Assembly (NCBI GenBank): GCA_046536595.1 | Contig: JAWDMM010000002.1 | Coordinates: 6,248-70,247, forward strand | DNA: 64,000 nucleotides | Reading direction: 5' to 3' | Source of the DNA: Nitrososphaeria archaeon | GTDB lineage: Archaea > Thermoproteota > Nitrososphaeria > Conexivisphaerales > UBA164 | Shown here: piece by piece, positions 20,638-30,408 of the stretch | Layout of the letters: the number at the start of each line of letters is the position of its first letter | Numbering within the stretch: position 1 is the first letter of the stretch | Program-made: the position numbers and the translations under genes | The notes under the pieces: generated by a model | The model's database searches: none | What the model saw: only the letters and a program-made list of their open reading frames with translations | Told to the model about the DNA's origin: nothing

Positions 20638-21068
20638 GAAAACAAAGATTCGTCCATAAAAATTGGCATGTTATAAAAAGTAGCTAAGGCGACAGCATCA
20701 GAGGCTCTGTAATTTTCAAGAACAAGATTTTTCCCGTTTCTACCTATAAAATAAATGTTCGCTCTAAAGACGCTTCCACGTGCATAAATTTCAACTTTCT
20801 CAAGCTCCAGGCCTTCGGAATTTGCGAGCTCTTCTATCAAGTTGTATACTGTCGGCAAAGATTTTCTGTCCCCCTGCATGAACCTTATTATATGGTATGA
20901 CACTTCGCCGCTGAAAGATCCCATCACTATCTTTCTCCCATCCTGAGCGGTAAACTCGATGAAGCCTTCTGTTCCGCTTTCGTCGAGGACACCAACGTTG
21001 GTTATCTTAACTTCTACAAACATGTTTCTGTCTATTTTTTCAAAGGCTCGGCTAAAAGCTTTTTGCAT
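20631..21068 (-). CDS. Bifunctional-nuclease-domain (DUF151/BFN-like) protein
   Basis: 145 aa. The C-terminal YRASDAVALATFYNMPIFMDESL resembles the BFN family core (RPSDAIALA..PI.v.e.v). Confidence 0.55.
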   Translation of the reverse strand: MQKAFSRAFEKIDRNMFVEVKITNVGVLDESGTEGFIEFTAQDGRKIVMGSFSGEVSYHIIRFMQGDRKSLPTVYNLIEELANSEGLELEKVEIYARGSVFRANIYFIGRNGKNLVLENYRASDAVALATFYNMPIFMDESLFSQ

Positions 21069-21126
21069 TTTTGCTTCGCGCAGTAAAAAAATGTTTTTAT
21101 CTTTGAACGATATAAAAAATCATTAA

Positions 21127-21552
21127 ATGCGTAAGGATGTATCACAGTCTACCATAATAGGAAGCCTGATAGTTATCGTTATAACGGTAATCTTAGGTAT
21201 AGCCATTCTTTCATGGGGGACCTCGCTTTTTACTTCACAACAAACAGGTTTTAACTCAATATTTTTTACAAAAACCCAGATGGTACTTGACAATTTTAAC
21301 ATTGAATATGCATACGAAAACTCTTCAAACACTTTGACTGTCTGGGTAGGAAATTACGGCCAAACCGGGGTACAGATTATAAGCGTAATGGTATATAACT
21401 CAACATATAGCTATATTTATAAGTGTAATATTATGGTGCCTCCTTCAGGTTTATCAAAGATTACAGTAAACGGGTTGCAGCTCATCAAGGGAAGCGTTTA
21501 TACAGTAAAGGTTGTTGCCTCTGATGGCAATACCGCGGTGAGTCAAACATGA
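21127..21552 (+). CDS. Small type IV pilin-like protein (class III signal peptide candidate)
   Basis: 141 aa. The N-terminus MRKDVSQSTIIGSLIVIVITVILGIAIL is paralogous to the N-terminus of the next gene (KKSGQAEIIGALFFIIILV): short basic leader, Q, then a hydrophobic helix. Confidence 0.5.
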   Translation: MRKDVSQSTIIGSLIVIVITVILGIAILSWGTSLFTSQQTGFNSIFFTKTQMVLDNFNIEYAYENSSNTLTVWVGNYGQTGVQIISVMVYNSTYSYIYKCNIMVPPSGLSKITVNGLQLIKGSVYTVKVVASDGNTAVSQT

Positions 21553-23672
21553 AGAAAAGCGGTCAGGCTGAAATCATAGGGGCCCTCTTCTTCATTATAA
21601 TACTGGTTATGGCTTTTGCTACATTTTACTATATGTATTACGATTTCTCAAACTTTGCTTATCTTGAAAATCAGAAAATTCAGCAAGAGAATATGGCGCA
21701 AGCTCAAATTCTTGTAGAAAATTACAACGTACAAGCACAGAACGTTCAGTTCAACGTATCTTCAACTAATTCTTTAGGTAGCTCACCATACCTTTACAAG
21801 CTTGACGGTATAGCTCCTGTAACTTTAAACGTAAGTACAGCGCAGATAAACATAACTGTGCCTATAAAGGCTAAGAGCTATGCCTTAGATCTTTATGGAT
21901 ATTTACAAAACCTTAACGCTACAAACCTTTTTGTATACGCCAAGAACTCTACAGGAGATTATGTGCTTATAGAAGGATATGTATTGCCCCATGGACCTTT
22001 CCAGCTTAACATTCCTCTATCATCGAGCTTTATAGTGAACGGCCTAGTCCAGCTAAAGCTTAACGCTTCACAGATTGCAAATTTTGCTGCTGGCTCTGTA
22101 GTCAACGGCGAAAATTATATCATTTTAACTATATTCAACACGCAGAACTCTCCCACACCTGCTCCGTTTCAGCAAAAGATTAACTTGACGAGCACAAACC
22201 AGATAGCGCAGCTTGTAAATCCAAACGGCTCCAATGTAGCTTTCGAATATCTAAACGGAAGTTTAATACCAAGCTGGTTCCAGGGAAAAGATAGTCACGG
22301 AGATTTTATATGGTGGATAAAGCTACAGAACGGGATACCGGCAGATTCATGGTTAACCATAAAGATGATGATCGGAACGTGGAATACAAATTTTTACAAG
22401 CTTTATAATGGAAAAATAGGCGAAGCGCCGCAACTTTCACCCAGATATGGAGAATACGACAATGGGCAAAACGTCTTTATCTTTTATGATAATTTTACTT
22501 CATTGAACAGCAGTAAATGGAAAGAAGGAGGAAATGGAAATATAACTGTAAACGATGGGTTGACGATTACTTGTTATGGCGGACAAGTCGCTTACTTGTA
22601 TTCTACATATAATTTTGGAGACAATTATTCGGTTGAAGCTTTAGGAAACATCATTATAACATCATCGAGTTCAGGGCAACAAGAAACTTTCGGATTGGGA
22701 TATCCTGGATCTAATAGTTATATAGTATTTAGCAGTACATCTCCGGGTAACAATAAAGTCACTTTAGAAGCAAACACAACAACTATTTCTAAATACAGTC
22801 CAGGAAAATATGATTGGCTTTTAGAACTAATAAACAATAATATATATGGCTTTCAAAATTATTCTAATAAAAATTCAATCTCAGATTCCCAACTTTCAAG
22901 CTTTTCTCAACCTATCTACTTTTATTGTTATAATCCAAAAAACTCAGCATCATCATCCTTAACTTTGGGACCTTTCTATTGGGTTCTGGTAAGGGCATCG
23001 CCTCCTAATGGTTATATGCCCAAAGTGCTTTTTGGTTATGTTCTAACGACGCTTATAGGAACTAATTACATTCAAAGCACAATGAAGAATTTTATCTTTT
23101 CAAAGATAGCTGTAACAGCTTCTCTTTCATTGCCATTGACAAACTATACCACGTACTATCCAAATGCAACAGATTTCTATTTAATAAACTGGCAAGGCAC
23201 AAACGCCACTTTTATTTACAAAAATATACTTTCAGCTTCGAAAAACATGAGCCTCTGCATGGACATTTATAATCCTAGTACATCTTCATCGGATACAGTT
23301 AGCATTTCATTTTCAGGTATTACAAAAACATACAACCTTAAACCTGAACAAGAGGAACGTATTTTCATCAACGTTCCTACAAGCGTTGCAAGCAATGGCT
23401 TTCTTGATGTTAAGGTTATAGCTTCACAGAACACTATAATCAGGGAAGCTATACTTCAGGCTATTGTTCCTCACGTAATTGTTGTAAACGACGGCTCTTA
23501 TCCAATAACTATAATACGAATCTGGAACAACTCAAACCCTCCAAAATACTTTAGCGTCTCTATAACTTTGATGCCAGGTCAGCAGGTTGACCTTTCAAAT
23601 TACTTTGTTCAGGGCTCTAACATAATAAAAGTGGTTTCTTCTGACGGCAACTATTATTCATTCTATTACTGA
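21549..23672 (+). CDS. Large secreted/surface pilin-like glycoprotein
   Basis: 707 aa. N-terminus MKKSGQAEIIGALFFIIILVMAF. About 20 N-x-S/T sequons counted by eye. A central segment (..FQQKINLTS..NVAFEYLNGSLIPSWF..IWWIKL..) resembles DUF2341/ConA-like lectin folds. The start overlaps the upstream gene by 4 nt. Confidence 0.55.
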   Translation: MKKSGQAEIIGALFFIIILVMAFATFYYMYYDFSNFAYLENQKIQQENMAQAQILVENYNVQAQNVQFNVSSTNSLGSSPYLYKLDGIAPVTLNVSTAQINITVPIKAKSYALDLYGYLQNLNATNLFVYAKNSTGDYVLIEGYVLPHGPFQLNIPLSSSFIVNGLVQLKLNASQIANFAAGSVVNGENYIILTIFNTQNSPTPAPFQQKINLTSTNQIAQLVNPNGSNVAFEYLNGSLIPSWFQGKDSHGDFIWWIKLQNGIPADSWLTIKMMIGTWNTNFYKLYNGKIGEAPQLSPRYGEYDNGQNVFIFYDNFTSLNSSKWKEGGNGNITVNDGLTITCYGGQVAYLYSTYNFGDNYSVEALGNIIITSSSSGQQETFGLGYPGSNSYIVFSSTSPGNNKVTLEANTTTISKYSPGKYDWLLELINNNIYGFQNYSNKNSISDSQLSSFSQPIYFYCYNPKNSASSSLTLGPFYWVLVRASPPNGYMPKVLFGYVLTTLIGTNYIQSTMKNFIFSKIAVTASLSLPLTNYTTYYPNATDFYLINWQGTNATFIYKNILSASKNMSLCMDIYNPSTSSSDTVSISFSGITKTYNLKPEQEERIFINVPTSVASNGFLDVKVIASQNTIIREAILQAIVPHVIVVNDGSYPITIIRIWNNSNPPKYFSVSITLMPGQQVDLSNYFVQGSNIIKVVSSDGNYYSFYY

Positions 23673-23718
23673 GCTTTAACCTTAAACGTTTTTATAACAT
23701 GAAAATCAAGTTGAATGT

Positions 23719-25083
23719 ATGGAAAATGTTCTCAGCAGAAAGACAAAGATCATAGCCACGATAGGACCTGCTACCATGAATCAAAATGTTATCGCTGACA
23801 TGCTTAAGGAAGGCGTCAACGCTTTCAGGATAAACTTTTCTCACAGTTCTCATGAACAGGCATCACAGATAGTTGATCTAATAAGGTCGGCCGAAAAGAT
23901 TGCAAACAGCAGGGTTCCGGTTATAGCAGACCTTCAGGGGCCAACTGTAAGGCTTGGCGACTTCAACGATATAGAAGTTAACAGAGAGAACGATTACGTT
24001 ATTTCAGAGAACGAAGGGATAATAGTTAATGAAGACGTTTTTTTCAACCTTGTTGAAACCGGAGATACTATTATAATAGATGGAGGCAGGTTTTGGGCAA
24101 AAGTCAAAGAAAAGGATGGAAGAAAGTTAAAAGTTAGGTTTATGACTGAAGGGGTAATCGGTTCTAGAAAGACGATAGCAATACAGGGCAAAGAGTATCC
24201 GTTAAAAGCTCCAACTGAAAAGGATATAAGCGATCTCCAGTTTGCGGTAAAGGCAGGAATAGAAGGTGTGGCTATTTCATTTATAAAGAATAAAGAAGAC
24301 GTTTTGAAGGTTAAAGAAATAGCAGAATCCTCAGGCGGTAGCGTATTTACTATTTCAAAGATAGAAACGATATCCGGGGTTAACAACATAAAGGACATAG
24401 TACAAGTATCTGATTATATACTAGTCGCAAGGGGAGATCTTGGTTCTCATTTTCCCCTGGTAAAGATCCCAGAAATTCAGAGGTATTTAATAGAAGTTGC
24501 CCTTGACCACGGGAAACCTTCTATTGTTGCCACACAGCTTCTCGACAGCATGACGGTGAACCCAATACCGACAAGAGCTGAAGTAACTGATGTGTATACC
24601 GCGGTTACCATGGGCGCGGATAGCCTTATGGTTTCAGGAGAAACAGCTGTTGGAAAGCATCCAGTTGACGTAATAAGATGGTTAAACGACATAGCTTTTG
24701 AAGCAGAAAGAAACCAGAATCTGAGGGTCAAAGGCAAGAGCCTTGACATCTATGATAAGTTTGCTGAGGGCGTAGTTATGATGAGCGAGCTTATAGATGC
24801 GAAACTCGTTGCAATAACCACTACAGGGAAAACCCCCATGAGGCTTGCCAGGTTCAGGCCAAAGAGCGAAATATTGGCTGCATGTGAAAGCGAATTCGTG
24901 TTTAAAAAGCTGCAGCTTACATACGGCGTTATGCCAGTTTTGCTCAATTCAATAAAGAACGATCAGCAGGTGGTTCAGGAGTTAAAGGCTTTAAAGTTTC
25001 TGAAAGCCGGAGAAAAGATAATCGTAACAAGAAGCTTAAAGCAGGGCGTAACGGATGCAATCAAAATTTTGGAAGTTCAGTGA
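23719..25083 (+). CDS. pyk: Pyruvate kinase
   Basis: 454 aa with KIIATIGPAT, AFRINFSHS and ILVARGDLG motifs. Confidence 0.9.
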   Translation: MENVLSRKTKIIATIGPATMNQNVIADMLKEGVNAFRINFSHSSHEQASQIVDLIRSAEKIANSRVPVIADLQGPTVRLGDFNDIEVNRENDYVISENEGIIVNEDVFFNLVETGDTIIIDGGRFWAKVKEKDGRKLKVRFMTEGVIGSRKTIAIQGKEYPLKAPTEKDISDLQFAVKAGIEGVAISFIKNKEDVLKVKEIAESSGGSVFTISKIETISGVNNIKDIVQVSDYILVARGDLGSHFPLVKIPEIQRYLIEVALDHGKPSIVATQLLDSMTVNPIPTRAEVTDVYTAVTMGADSLMVSGETAVGKHPVDVIRWLNDIAFEAERNQNLRVKGKSLDIYDKFAEGVVMMSELIDAKLVAITTTGKTPMRLARFRPKSEILAACESEFVFKKLQLTYGVMPVLLNSIKNDQQVVQELKALKFLKAGEKIIVTRSLKQGVTDAIKILEVQ

Positions 25084-25099
25084 TTTTTTATTCATTTTT
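25084..25099 (+). terminator. Oligo-T tract after pyk (candidate archaeal terminator)
   Basis: T6 at 25084-25089 and T5 at 25095-25099, immediately after the TGA stop at 25081-25083. Confidence 0.4.
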
Positions 25100-25360
25100 A
25101 GCTTCCCTTTATCGGGTGAACTACCACGCCCTCACGGACGGGGCTTCCCAGTTCATCGAAACGCTTACTTGCGGAATACTTTTCAAGTATTCCACTATTG
25201 CAGAGGCGTTTTCATCCCTGGGCGTCTCGCCTGCGTTCCACAGGCAAAGCCCATTTGGGCATCAATAATATAAAAATTTCTTTATATGAAAACATTTCTG
25301 TAAGGGGCTATCCAAAGCTCACGGAAGGGGTCTTTCGCCCCTTAACCCCAAAAAGTTAAA
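25100..25360. ncRNA. Candidate structured non-coding RNA; identity and strand unresolved
   Basis: 308-bp gap between pyk and the thiolase gene. Hand-counted lines give about 43-62 % G+C, like the tRNA/SRP genes and unlike neighbouring spacers. There is a perfect 9-bp inverted repeat at 25173-25181/25185-25193 and a 6-bp stem at 25325-25330/25338-25343. Confidence 0.3.
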
Positions 25361-25391
25361 AGTTAAATTGTAATAATTTTAATGGAAGCGC

Positions 25392-26573
25392 ATGGGAAGA
25401 AAAGTTGCGATAATAGGTGCAAAGATGACAAAGTTCGGGAACCTCATAGACAAGACGCTTATGGATCTGCTCGTAGAACCTTCAGAAAGCCTTATCGAGG
25501 AGTTTAAGGTGGAAAGGAGCAACATAACATCTGTTTATGTTAGCAACCTCCTGGGAGAGATAAGCTCAAGACAGACAGCTGTTGCAACTGCGCTGGCTGA
25601 TTACATTGGTTTAAAAAACGTTGCAGCTGAGAGGATCGAAAACGGACCAGCAAGCGGGGCTTCTGCTTTAAGGTATGCCTTCATGGAAATATCCTCAGGT
25701 AACTCAAACATGGTTCTTGTTGCAGGAGCTGAAAAGATGAGAACCGCTCCAACAGATGTGGTTACCGATCTTGTCTCAATGATGTCTCACCCTGAGGTTG
25801 AATACCCTTCAGGAGCAACAATGCCTTCTCTAGGGGCCCTTTTTGCAAGGCTTTATATGCAGAAGTATGACGTTAAGCCTGAACATCTTGCTATGGTAGC
25901 TGTGAAGAACCATTCAAACGCCATGAAGAACCCTTTTGCTCAGCTTAAAAAGGAAGTAACGCTTGAACAGCTCATAGGCCCTGGAAGCGAATCCTTTAAC
26001 CCTTATGTTGCAGAACCCCTCAGGCTTTATGATATGTCACCAATGACTGATGGAGGAGCCGCGCTGCTCTTGGCTGATCTGGATACAGCTCTGTCTTATA
26101 CAAAGAAACCTGTAATTTTGGAAGGAATCGGAGAATCAACTGACGCCCTGGCGCTTCAGGACAGGGATGATCCTACAGATCTTAAAGCTGTCAGACTTTC
26201 CGCTGAAAAAGCTTACAGGATGTCCGGAATAAAACCCGAAGAAATAAACGTTGCTGAGGTTCACGATGCCTTTACTGTCCTGGAAATAGCTATAAGCGAA
26301 GAAGTCGGATTCTTTAAGAAAGGTGAAGGTAAGCTGGCATTACAGAACGGGGTCACAAAAATAGATGGAGAGAAGCCCATAAACACATCAGGAGGGCTTA
26401 AAGCTAGAGGTCACCCTCTCGGAGCAACTGGGCTTGCTCAGGCTACCGAAATAACCTGGCAGTTGCAGGGAACAGCTGATCAGAGACAGGTAAAGGTTGC
26501 TAGCACAGGCTTTACAGTAAACATGGGAGGGTTTGGTTCCAACGCTGTAAGCATAGTTTACAGGAGGTACTAA
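25392..26573 (+). CDS. Thiolase-like acetyl-CoA acetyltransferase (archaeal type)
   Basis: 393 aa with the C-terminal motif SGGLKARGHPLGATG. It is followed 3 nt later by a DUF35 gene, the usual archaeal pairing. Confidence 0.85.
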   Translation: MGRKVAIIGAKMTKFGNLIDKTLMDLLVEPSESLIEEFKVERSNITSVYVSNLLGEISSRQTAVATALADYIGLKNVAAERIENGPASGASALRYAFMEISSGNSNMVLVAGAEKMRTAPTDVVTDLVSMMSHPEVEYPSGATMPSLGALFARLYMQKYDVKPEHLAMVAVKNHSNAMKNPFAQLKKEVTLEQLIGPGSESFNPYVAEPLRLYDMSPMTDGGAALLLADLDTALSYTKKPVILEGIGESTDALALQDRDDPTDLKAVRLSAEKAYRMSGIKPEEINVAEVHDAFTVLEIAISEEVGFFKKGEGKLALQNGVTKIDGEKPINTSGGLKARGHPLGATGLAQATEITWQLQGTADQRQVKVASTGFTVNMGGFGSNAVSIVYRRY

Positions 26574-26576
26574 AAA

Positions 26577-26903
26577 ATGAAAGGGTACAGATGTAATAAA
26601 TGCGGAAAAGTCTACACTTACAAAAGAAAGGTCTGCGTAAACTGTGGGTGCACAAGCTTTAACGAAACTGAGCTCGGCGATGAAGCCAAACTCATAACTT
26701 ACACAGTGCTTTACGTTGTTCCTGCTGGTATTGAAAGGTCTCCGCTAGTCCTGGGAATCGTAGAATTTAACGATGGGGCCAGGATGTTTGGACAGATCAT
26801 GACAGATAAGCCTCAGGTTGGCATGAAACTAAAGCCACAGTACGGAAAGCTTAGAGTAAAAGACGGCAAAGAAATAAACGGTTACTATTTTGTTCCAGCA
26901 TAA
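26577..26903 (+). CDS. DUF35 OB-fold/zinc-ribbon protein (thiolase-associated)
   Basis: 108 aa with the zinc ribbon CNKCGKVY..CVNCGC followed by an OB-like region. Confidence 0.8.
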   Translation: MKGYRCNKCGKVYTYKRKVCVNCGCTSFNETELGDEAKLITYTVLYVVPAGIERSPLVLGIVEFNDGARMFGQIMTDKPQVGMKLKPQYGKLRVKDGKEINGYYFVPA

Positions 26904-26927
26904 AAAACAAAAACAATAATTAAAATT

Positions 26928-27710
26928 TTATTCTTCTACGAAAGCTACGACCCTGCAGAAAGCAGCTTCTCCGCCTTTAAAAAGCCACGGGAATGCCCCA
27001 AGTGTTGTCCTTATTGCTTTCCTGCCGTGCAGCAGCTCTTCAATCTGTCCCCCAATGTGTTCTACGTGAACAATGTCGTAAGGGAAAAGGGCGTTATGCA
27101 AAAGCTGATAATCTTCCTCCGGGAAAAGCTTCTTTATAGCTTCAGGGCCTCCAAACTTTTGCTCTGAAAGCCTCCTAACTCTGTCAGAAACTCTTGGTAA
27201 AAACCTTCCCAGAGGGAGGTTCATCGGATGGTCTGGTGACGGAGTGTCAACACCAAACCACTTGATCTTCTTTTTGATCATCCAATCTACCATATCCCTT
27301 CCCATACCAGGATGCAAAAGGGTGTACTTTTCTTCGTCAGCGGTTGGCTGGTACCATGCGTACTTGACCCATCCAGTATAGAAAACTATTATATCTCTTT
27401 CTTTTACGTCAATCTTTGATTCTACCATTTCTGGCGTTATGAGCCCAAGTTCTCCCGCCTCTGTAACATCTACAACTACTCCTGTTCCATAAAGCTGTTC
27501 GAGCGGTATCTGGTCAATTGTCTTTCCATGAGTTACAAAGTGTCTTGGAGCATCAAGGTGCGTCCCTATATGGTTTGAAGTCATTATGTACTGCGCGTTA
27601 ACTCCGTGTTCTGATTTCCTTTTTATGTACTTGACTTCAAAAGGAGGGTACAGAGGCCAGAAAGGAAAGTCTGCGTTCAGTGGCTGTGAAAGATCGTAAA
27701 GTTTTACCAT
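26928..27710 (-). CDS. Cyclase-family protein (kynurenine formamidase-like)
   Basis: 260 aa carrying the family signature HIGTHLDAPRHF. Confidence 0.8.
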   Translation of the reverse strand: MVKLYDLSQPLNADFPFWPLYPPFEVKYIKRKSEHGVNAQYIMTSNHIGTHLDAPRHFVTHGKTIDQIPLEQLYGTGVVVDVTEAGELGLITPEMVESKIDVKERDIIVFYTGWVKYAWYQPTADEEKYTLLHPGMGRDMVDWMIKKKIKWFGVDTPSPDHPMNLPLGRFLPRVSDRVRRLSEQKFGGPEAIKKLFPEEDYQLLHNALFPYDIVHVEHIGGQIEELLHGRKAIRTTLGAFPWLFKGGEAAFCRVVAFVEE

Positions 27711-27903
27711 ACTTTATTGTTACTAAACCTTGATATTTTAATGTTTCTTAGTTTGTTTTAAAGCAAGAGGAACTTTGCGCTTTTATAATAATACATCAAT
27801 TCTAAAATTCGCTAAACTAAGTCATGTACATAGATTATTGACGAAATGGTCTAAAAAATTAGCCATACTTGATTAATTAAGTAATAACCAACCTTTGTAT
27901 TAG

Positions 27904-28152
27904 GTGAAAATAAAAATGGGAAGAGTTGCCGTGCTGTTCGGTATATGGCTTATAGGATACGTAGTTGGGTTCATAGGTTATATTCTCCTTGCAGAAACAA
28001 ACGCGCTGGCTTACCTAATAACTTACTTAACAAGAATATTTGGGAACAGCCAGATCGTTGCAGCTGGGCTTGTAGGATTAGCGACTTCTTTCTTAGCGCT
28101 GGCAGTTGTAGTTGCCTGGAGCTATTGGAGCCCATCTGTAAGCAAAGTTTAA
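27904..28152 (+). CDS. Small membrane protein (hypothetical)
   Basis: 82 aa with three hydrophobic segments and a GTG start. No family assigned. Confidence 0.35.
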   Translation: MKIKMGRVAVLFGIWLIGYVVGFIGYILLAETNALAYLITYLTRIFGNSQIVAAGLVGLATSFLALAVVVAWSYWSPSVSKV

Positions 28153-28177
28153 AAACGCTAATTTTTTATTTCTTTAA

Positions 28178-28819
28178 ATGAGCACGATTTTTTTAGATCT
28201 TGGCGGAACATTAGTTGATTTTAAGCCTACGTATCACGAACCAATTTATTATATTCTTTTAAAAAACGGCTACGAAGTTGAACTCAAGAATGTCTACAGA
28301 GCTGTATCAAAGTACTTGGGCAAAAGTAACCTCCCTGTTGTAGAAGGAAACCCGGTCATAGACGTTAAAGAAGTTTTAAACATCATGAACGTGAACGTGG
28401 ACTCATCTACGATGCAAGAGTTGTCATCGCTAAAGTTCTCCTCATCCTTTTACACTTTATACCACGATACTATACCTTTTTTGACATCTCTTAAAAACAA
28501 AGGTTATAAAATCATAGTAATAAGCAACGCCAGTCAGAAGATAAACGAAGTTATCAAGAACACTGGCATATCAGAGTATTTGAACGGATTGGTAGCATCT
28601 TACAGCTTTGGGAAAATAAAACCGGATCCAGAAATATTTAAAGAGGGCATAAGGATCGCGGGAGAAACTGGTTATTATGTAGGGGACCTTTTTGAGGTCG
28701 ATTATTTAGGTGCCGCTAGAGCTGGACTTGAGCCAATACTTCTTGACAGGAATGGTTTTTATGATGACGTTGATGCTAAAAAAGCTAAAAGCCTTACTGA
28801 AATCTTAAAGCTTTTTTGA
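28178..28819 (+). CDS. HAD-superfamily hydrolase
   Basis: 213 aa with motif I FLDLGGTLVD, motif II VISNAS, and motif IV YVGDLFEVDYLGA. Confidence 0.75.
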   Translation: MSTIFLDLGGTLVDFKPTYHEPIYYILLKNGYEVELKNVYRAVSKYLGKSNLPVVEGNPVIDVKEVLNIMNVNVDSSTMQELSSLKFSSSFYTLYHDTIPFLTSLKNKGYKIIVISNASQKINEVIKNTGISEYLNGLVASYSFGKIKPDPEIFKEGIRIAGETGYYVGDLFEVDYLGAARAGLEPILLDRNGFYDDVDAKKAKSLTEILKLF

Positions 28820-30358
28820 TACGTATGGCCCATCCTTAAAATATCCCAGCTTCATGTAGTACTCCCTTACCCCAACCCCGCTTATGACAGCTATTTTTTC
28901 AAGTCCGTACTCTTCTTTTGCTATTCTTTCAGCTTCACTTAAAAGCGTTCTGCCCACTCCTTTGTGCTGCCATCCTGAACCCTTTTCATAAACAGGTATG
29001 ACTTTCCCAACAACCTTGAGCTCTCTTACTATGGCTGCACCCTTTAATTCGCTTCTGTGAACCTTTTTTGATGGAATCCTGAGCCTTAAGTACCCTGCAA
29101 GATGTCCTTCATCATCTTCAAAAGAAATAAAATGTTCTTTTCCTTCTGAAGCTTCGTAAACAATGCTTTTGATCTTGAATTCTGATAGCTTTTCTTCTGG
29201 TATTCTCCTGTGTCCTACTTCTCTGCACCTTATCTCCATACATTTCTTTCCCCTTTCTTTAAGTATTTTGACCGCAAGCTCTCTTAGGTTACCGGCAGTA
29301 GGGCCTGCGATTATCTTGAAAGCAGGTATATCCCTCTGTATCCTCATAACCCTTACCCATGGAGGCGTAATTTCTAGAACATCAGCTACGAGCTCAGCAG
29401 CCTCTTCGTTGGTTAGAGGCCTGTAAAGGTTTTTCCTGTAAACCTTTTCTAGCAAAGTGCCTCCTACAACAAGCGTAGGGTAGATCTTTAGCATATCAGG
29501 TTTAAACCTTTCATCGTAGAAAAGTTTCTTGAAAGATTCTAGGTCTTTTTCCCTGTCAGAACCCGGGTAGCCGGGCATCATATGAGCTACTACTTTAAAG
29601 CCAGCATCTTTGGCTATCCTGAACGCCTCGACAGTATCGGCAACAGTGTGTCCGCGGTGGGTCTTTTTAAGGAGACGATCGTCAAGAGTCTGGACTCCAA
29701 TTTCTACTCTTGTCCCCCCATACCTTAACATCATATCAACGTGCTCCTCCCTGCAAAAATCAGGCCTCGTTTCTATTGTAAGCCCTATGCACCTGTGATT
29801 GGCTTTCTCGTTTTCTTCTATAGCTTCTTCAAGAGTTGTGCTTATCCTGCCGTTCAGAGCGTCGTAGATGTTCTTGACAAACCATTCTTGATAATCTGGC
29901 TGATAGCTTAAGAACGTTCCTCCCATTATAATTATTTCGTTTTTAGTTGTCGTGTGCCCAAGGCTTTCAAGATGTTCTAGCCTGTGGTGAACCTGCTGAA
30001 AAGGATCGTAGTTAAACTGCTTACCCCTAGCTGAAGCAGGTTCAAACCCGGTATAAGATTTAGGCGTCCCATAGTCAACTCCTCCTGGGCAGTATATGCA
30101 CTGGGCCTGAGGGGGACACGGAAAAGGTTTTGACATTACGGCAATTACAGTTACTCCAGAAATTCCTCGCGTTGGTTTAACCACAAGGTTCAAGTTCAAA
30201 CCTTCGATCTTCGCAAACCTTATTATGTCAGAGTTCTTTGGGACCCTATCCAGGTGATACTTTTTCGCCACCTCTATCTTCATTTTTTCAAGCTCTTCAA
30301 AGCTATCCTTTTCACGAATCCTTTGAACAAGCTCTTTTATCGCAACTTCATAAGACAC
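28805..30358 (-). CDS. elp3: Elp3-type radical SAM/GNAT tRNA wobble-uridine modification enzyme
   Basis: 517 aa with the radical-SAM cysteine cluster PCPPQAQCIYCPGG and the C-terminal GNAT motif WQHKGVGRTLLSEAERIA. Confidence 0.9.
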   Translation of the reverse strand: MSYEVAIKELVQRIREKDSFEELEKMKIEVAKKYHLDRVPKNSDIIRFAKIEGLNLNLVVKPTRGISGVTVIAVMSKPFPCPPQAQCIYCPGGVDYGTPKSYTGFEPASARGKQFNYDPFQQVHHRLEHLESLGHTTTKNEIIIMGGTFLSYQPDYQEWFVKNIYDALNGRISTTLEEAIEENEKANHRCIGLTIETRPDFCREEHVDMMLRYGGTRVEIGVQTLDDRLLKKTHRGHTVADTVEAFRIAKDAGFKVVAHMMPGYPGSDREKDLESFKKLFYDERFKPDMLKIYPTLVVGGTLLEKVYRKNLYRPLTNEEAAELVADVLEITPPWVRVMRIQRDIPAFKIIAGPTAGNLRELAVKILKERGKKCMEIRCREVGHRRIPEEKLSEFKIKSIVYEASEGKEHFISFEDDEGHLAGYLRLRIPSKKVHRSELKGAAIVRELKVVGKVIPVYEKGSGWQHKGVGRTLLSEAERIAKEEYGLEKIAVISGVGVREYYMKLGYFKDGPYVSKKL

Positions 30359-30408
30359 GTTCAGATATTTTTACCTTGATTATATTTATTTTTCTGAAAA
30401 TGTTTTTG

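Noticed and set aside
19037-23672. Whether the short integrase marks one end of an integrated virus or plasmid spanning Alba, NMNAT, the nuclease and the pilin-like genes.
   Set aside because: The neighbours are housekeeping-type genes. By eye I saw no tRNA target, direct att repeats or compositional break.
25119-25138. Motif ccacgccctcacggacgggg recurs as tcacgctctcacggacaggg at 34612-34631, both just downstream of T-rich tracts after plus-strand genes, with a weaker third copy at about 25313-25330. I considered a conserved processing or terminator element, or att sites.
   Set aside because: The match is only 17 of 20 positions. A rough estimate for a 64-kb window on both strands predicts many such matches by chance, and the flanks do not align.
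25055-25273. Tracked ORFs 25055..25273 and 25080..25268 (72 and 62 aa).
   Set aside because: They overlap each other and the pyk 3' end, lie in the structured GC-rich spacer, and have no protein-like motifs.
25100-25360. Assigning the GC-rich spacer as RNase P RNA on the minus strand.
   Set aside because: I could not find the universally conserved GGAAAGUCC (CR-I) or an ACAGAA..GGCUUA (CR-IV) element in the right position. It is kept only as an unassigned ncRNA candidate.
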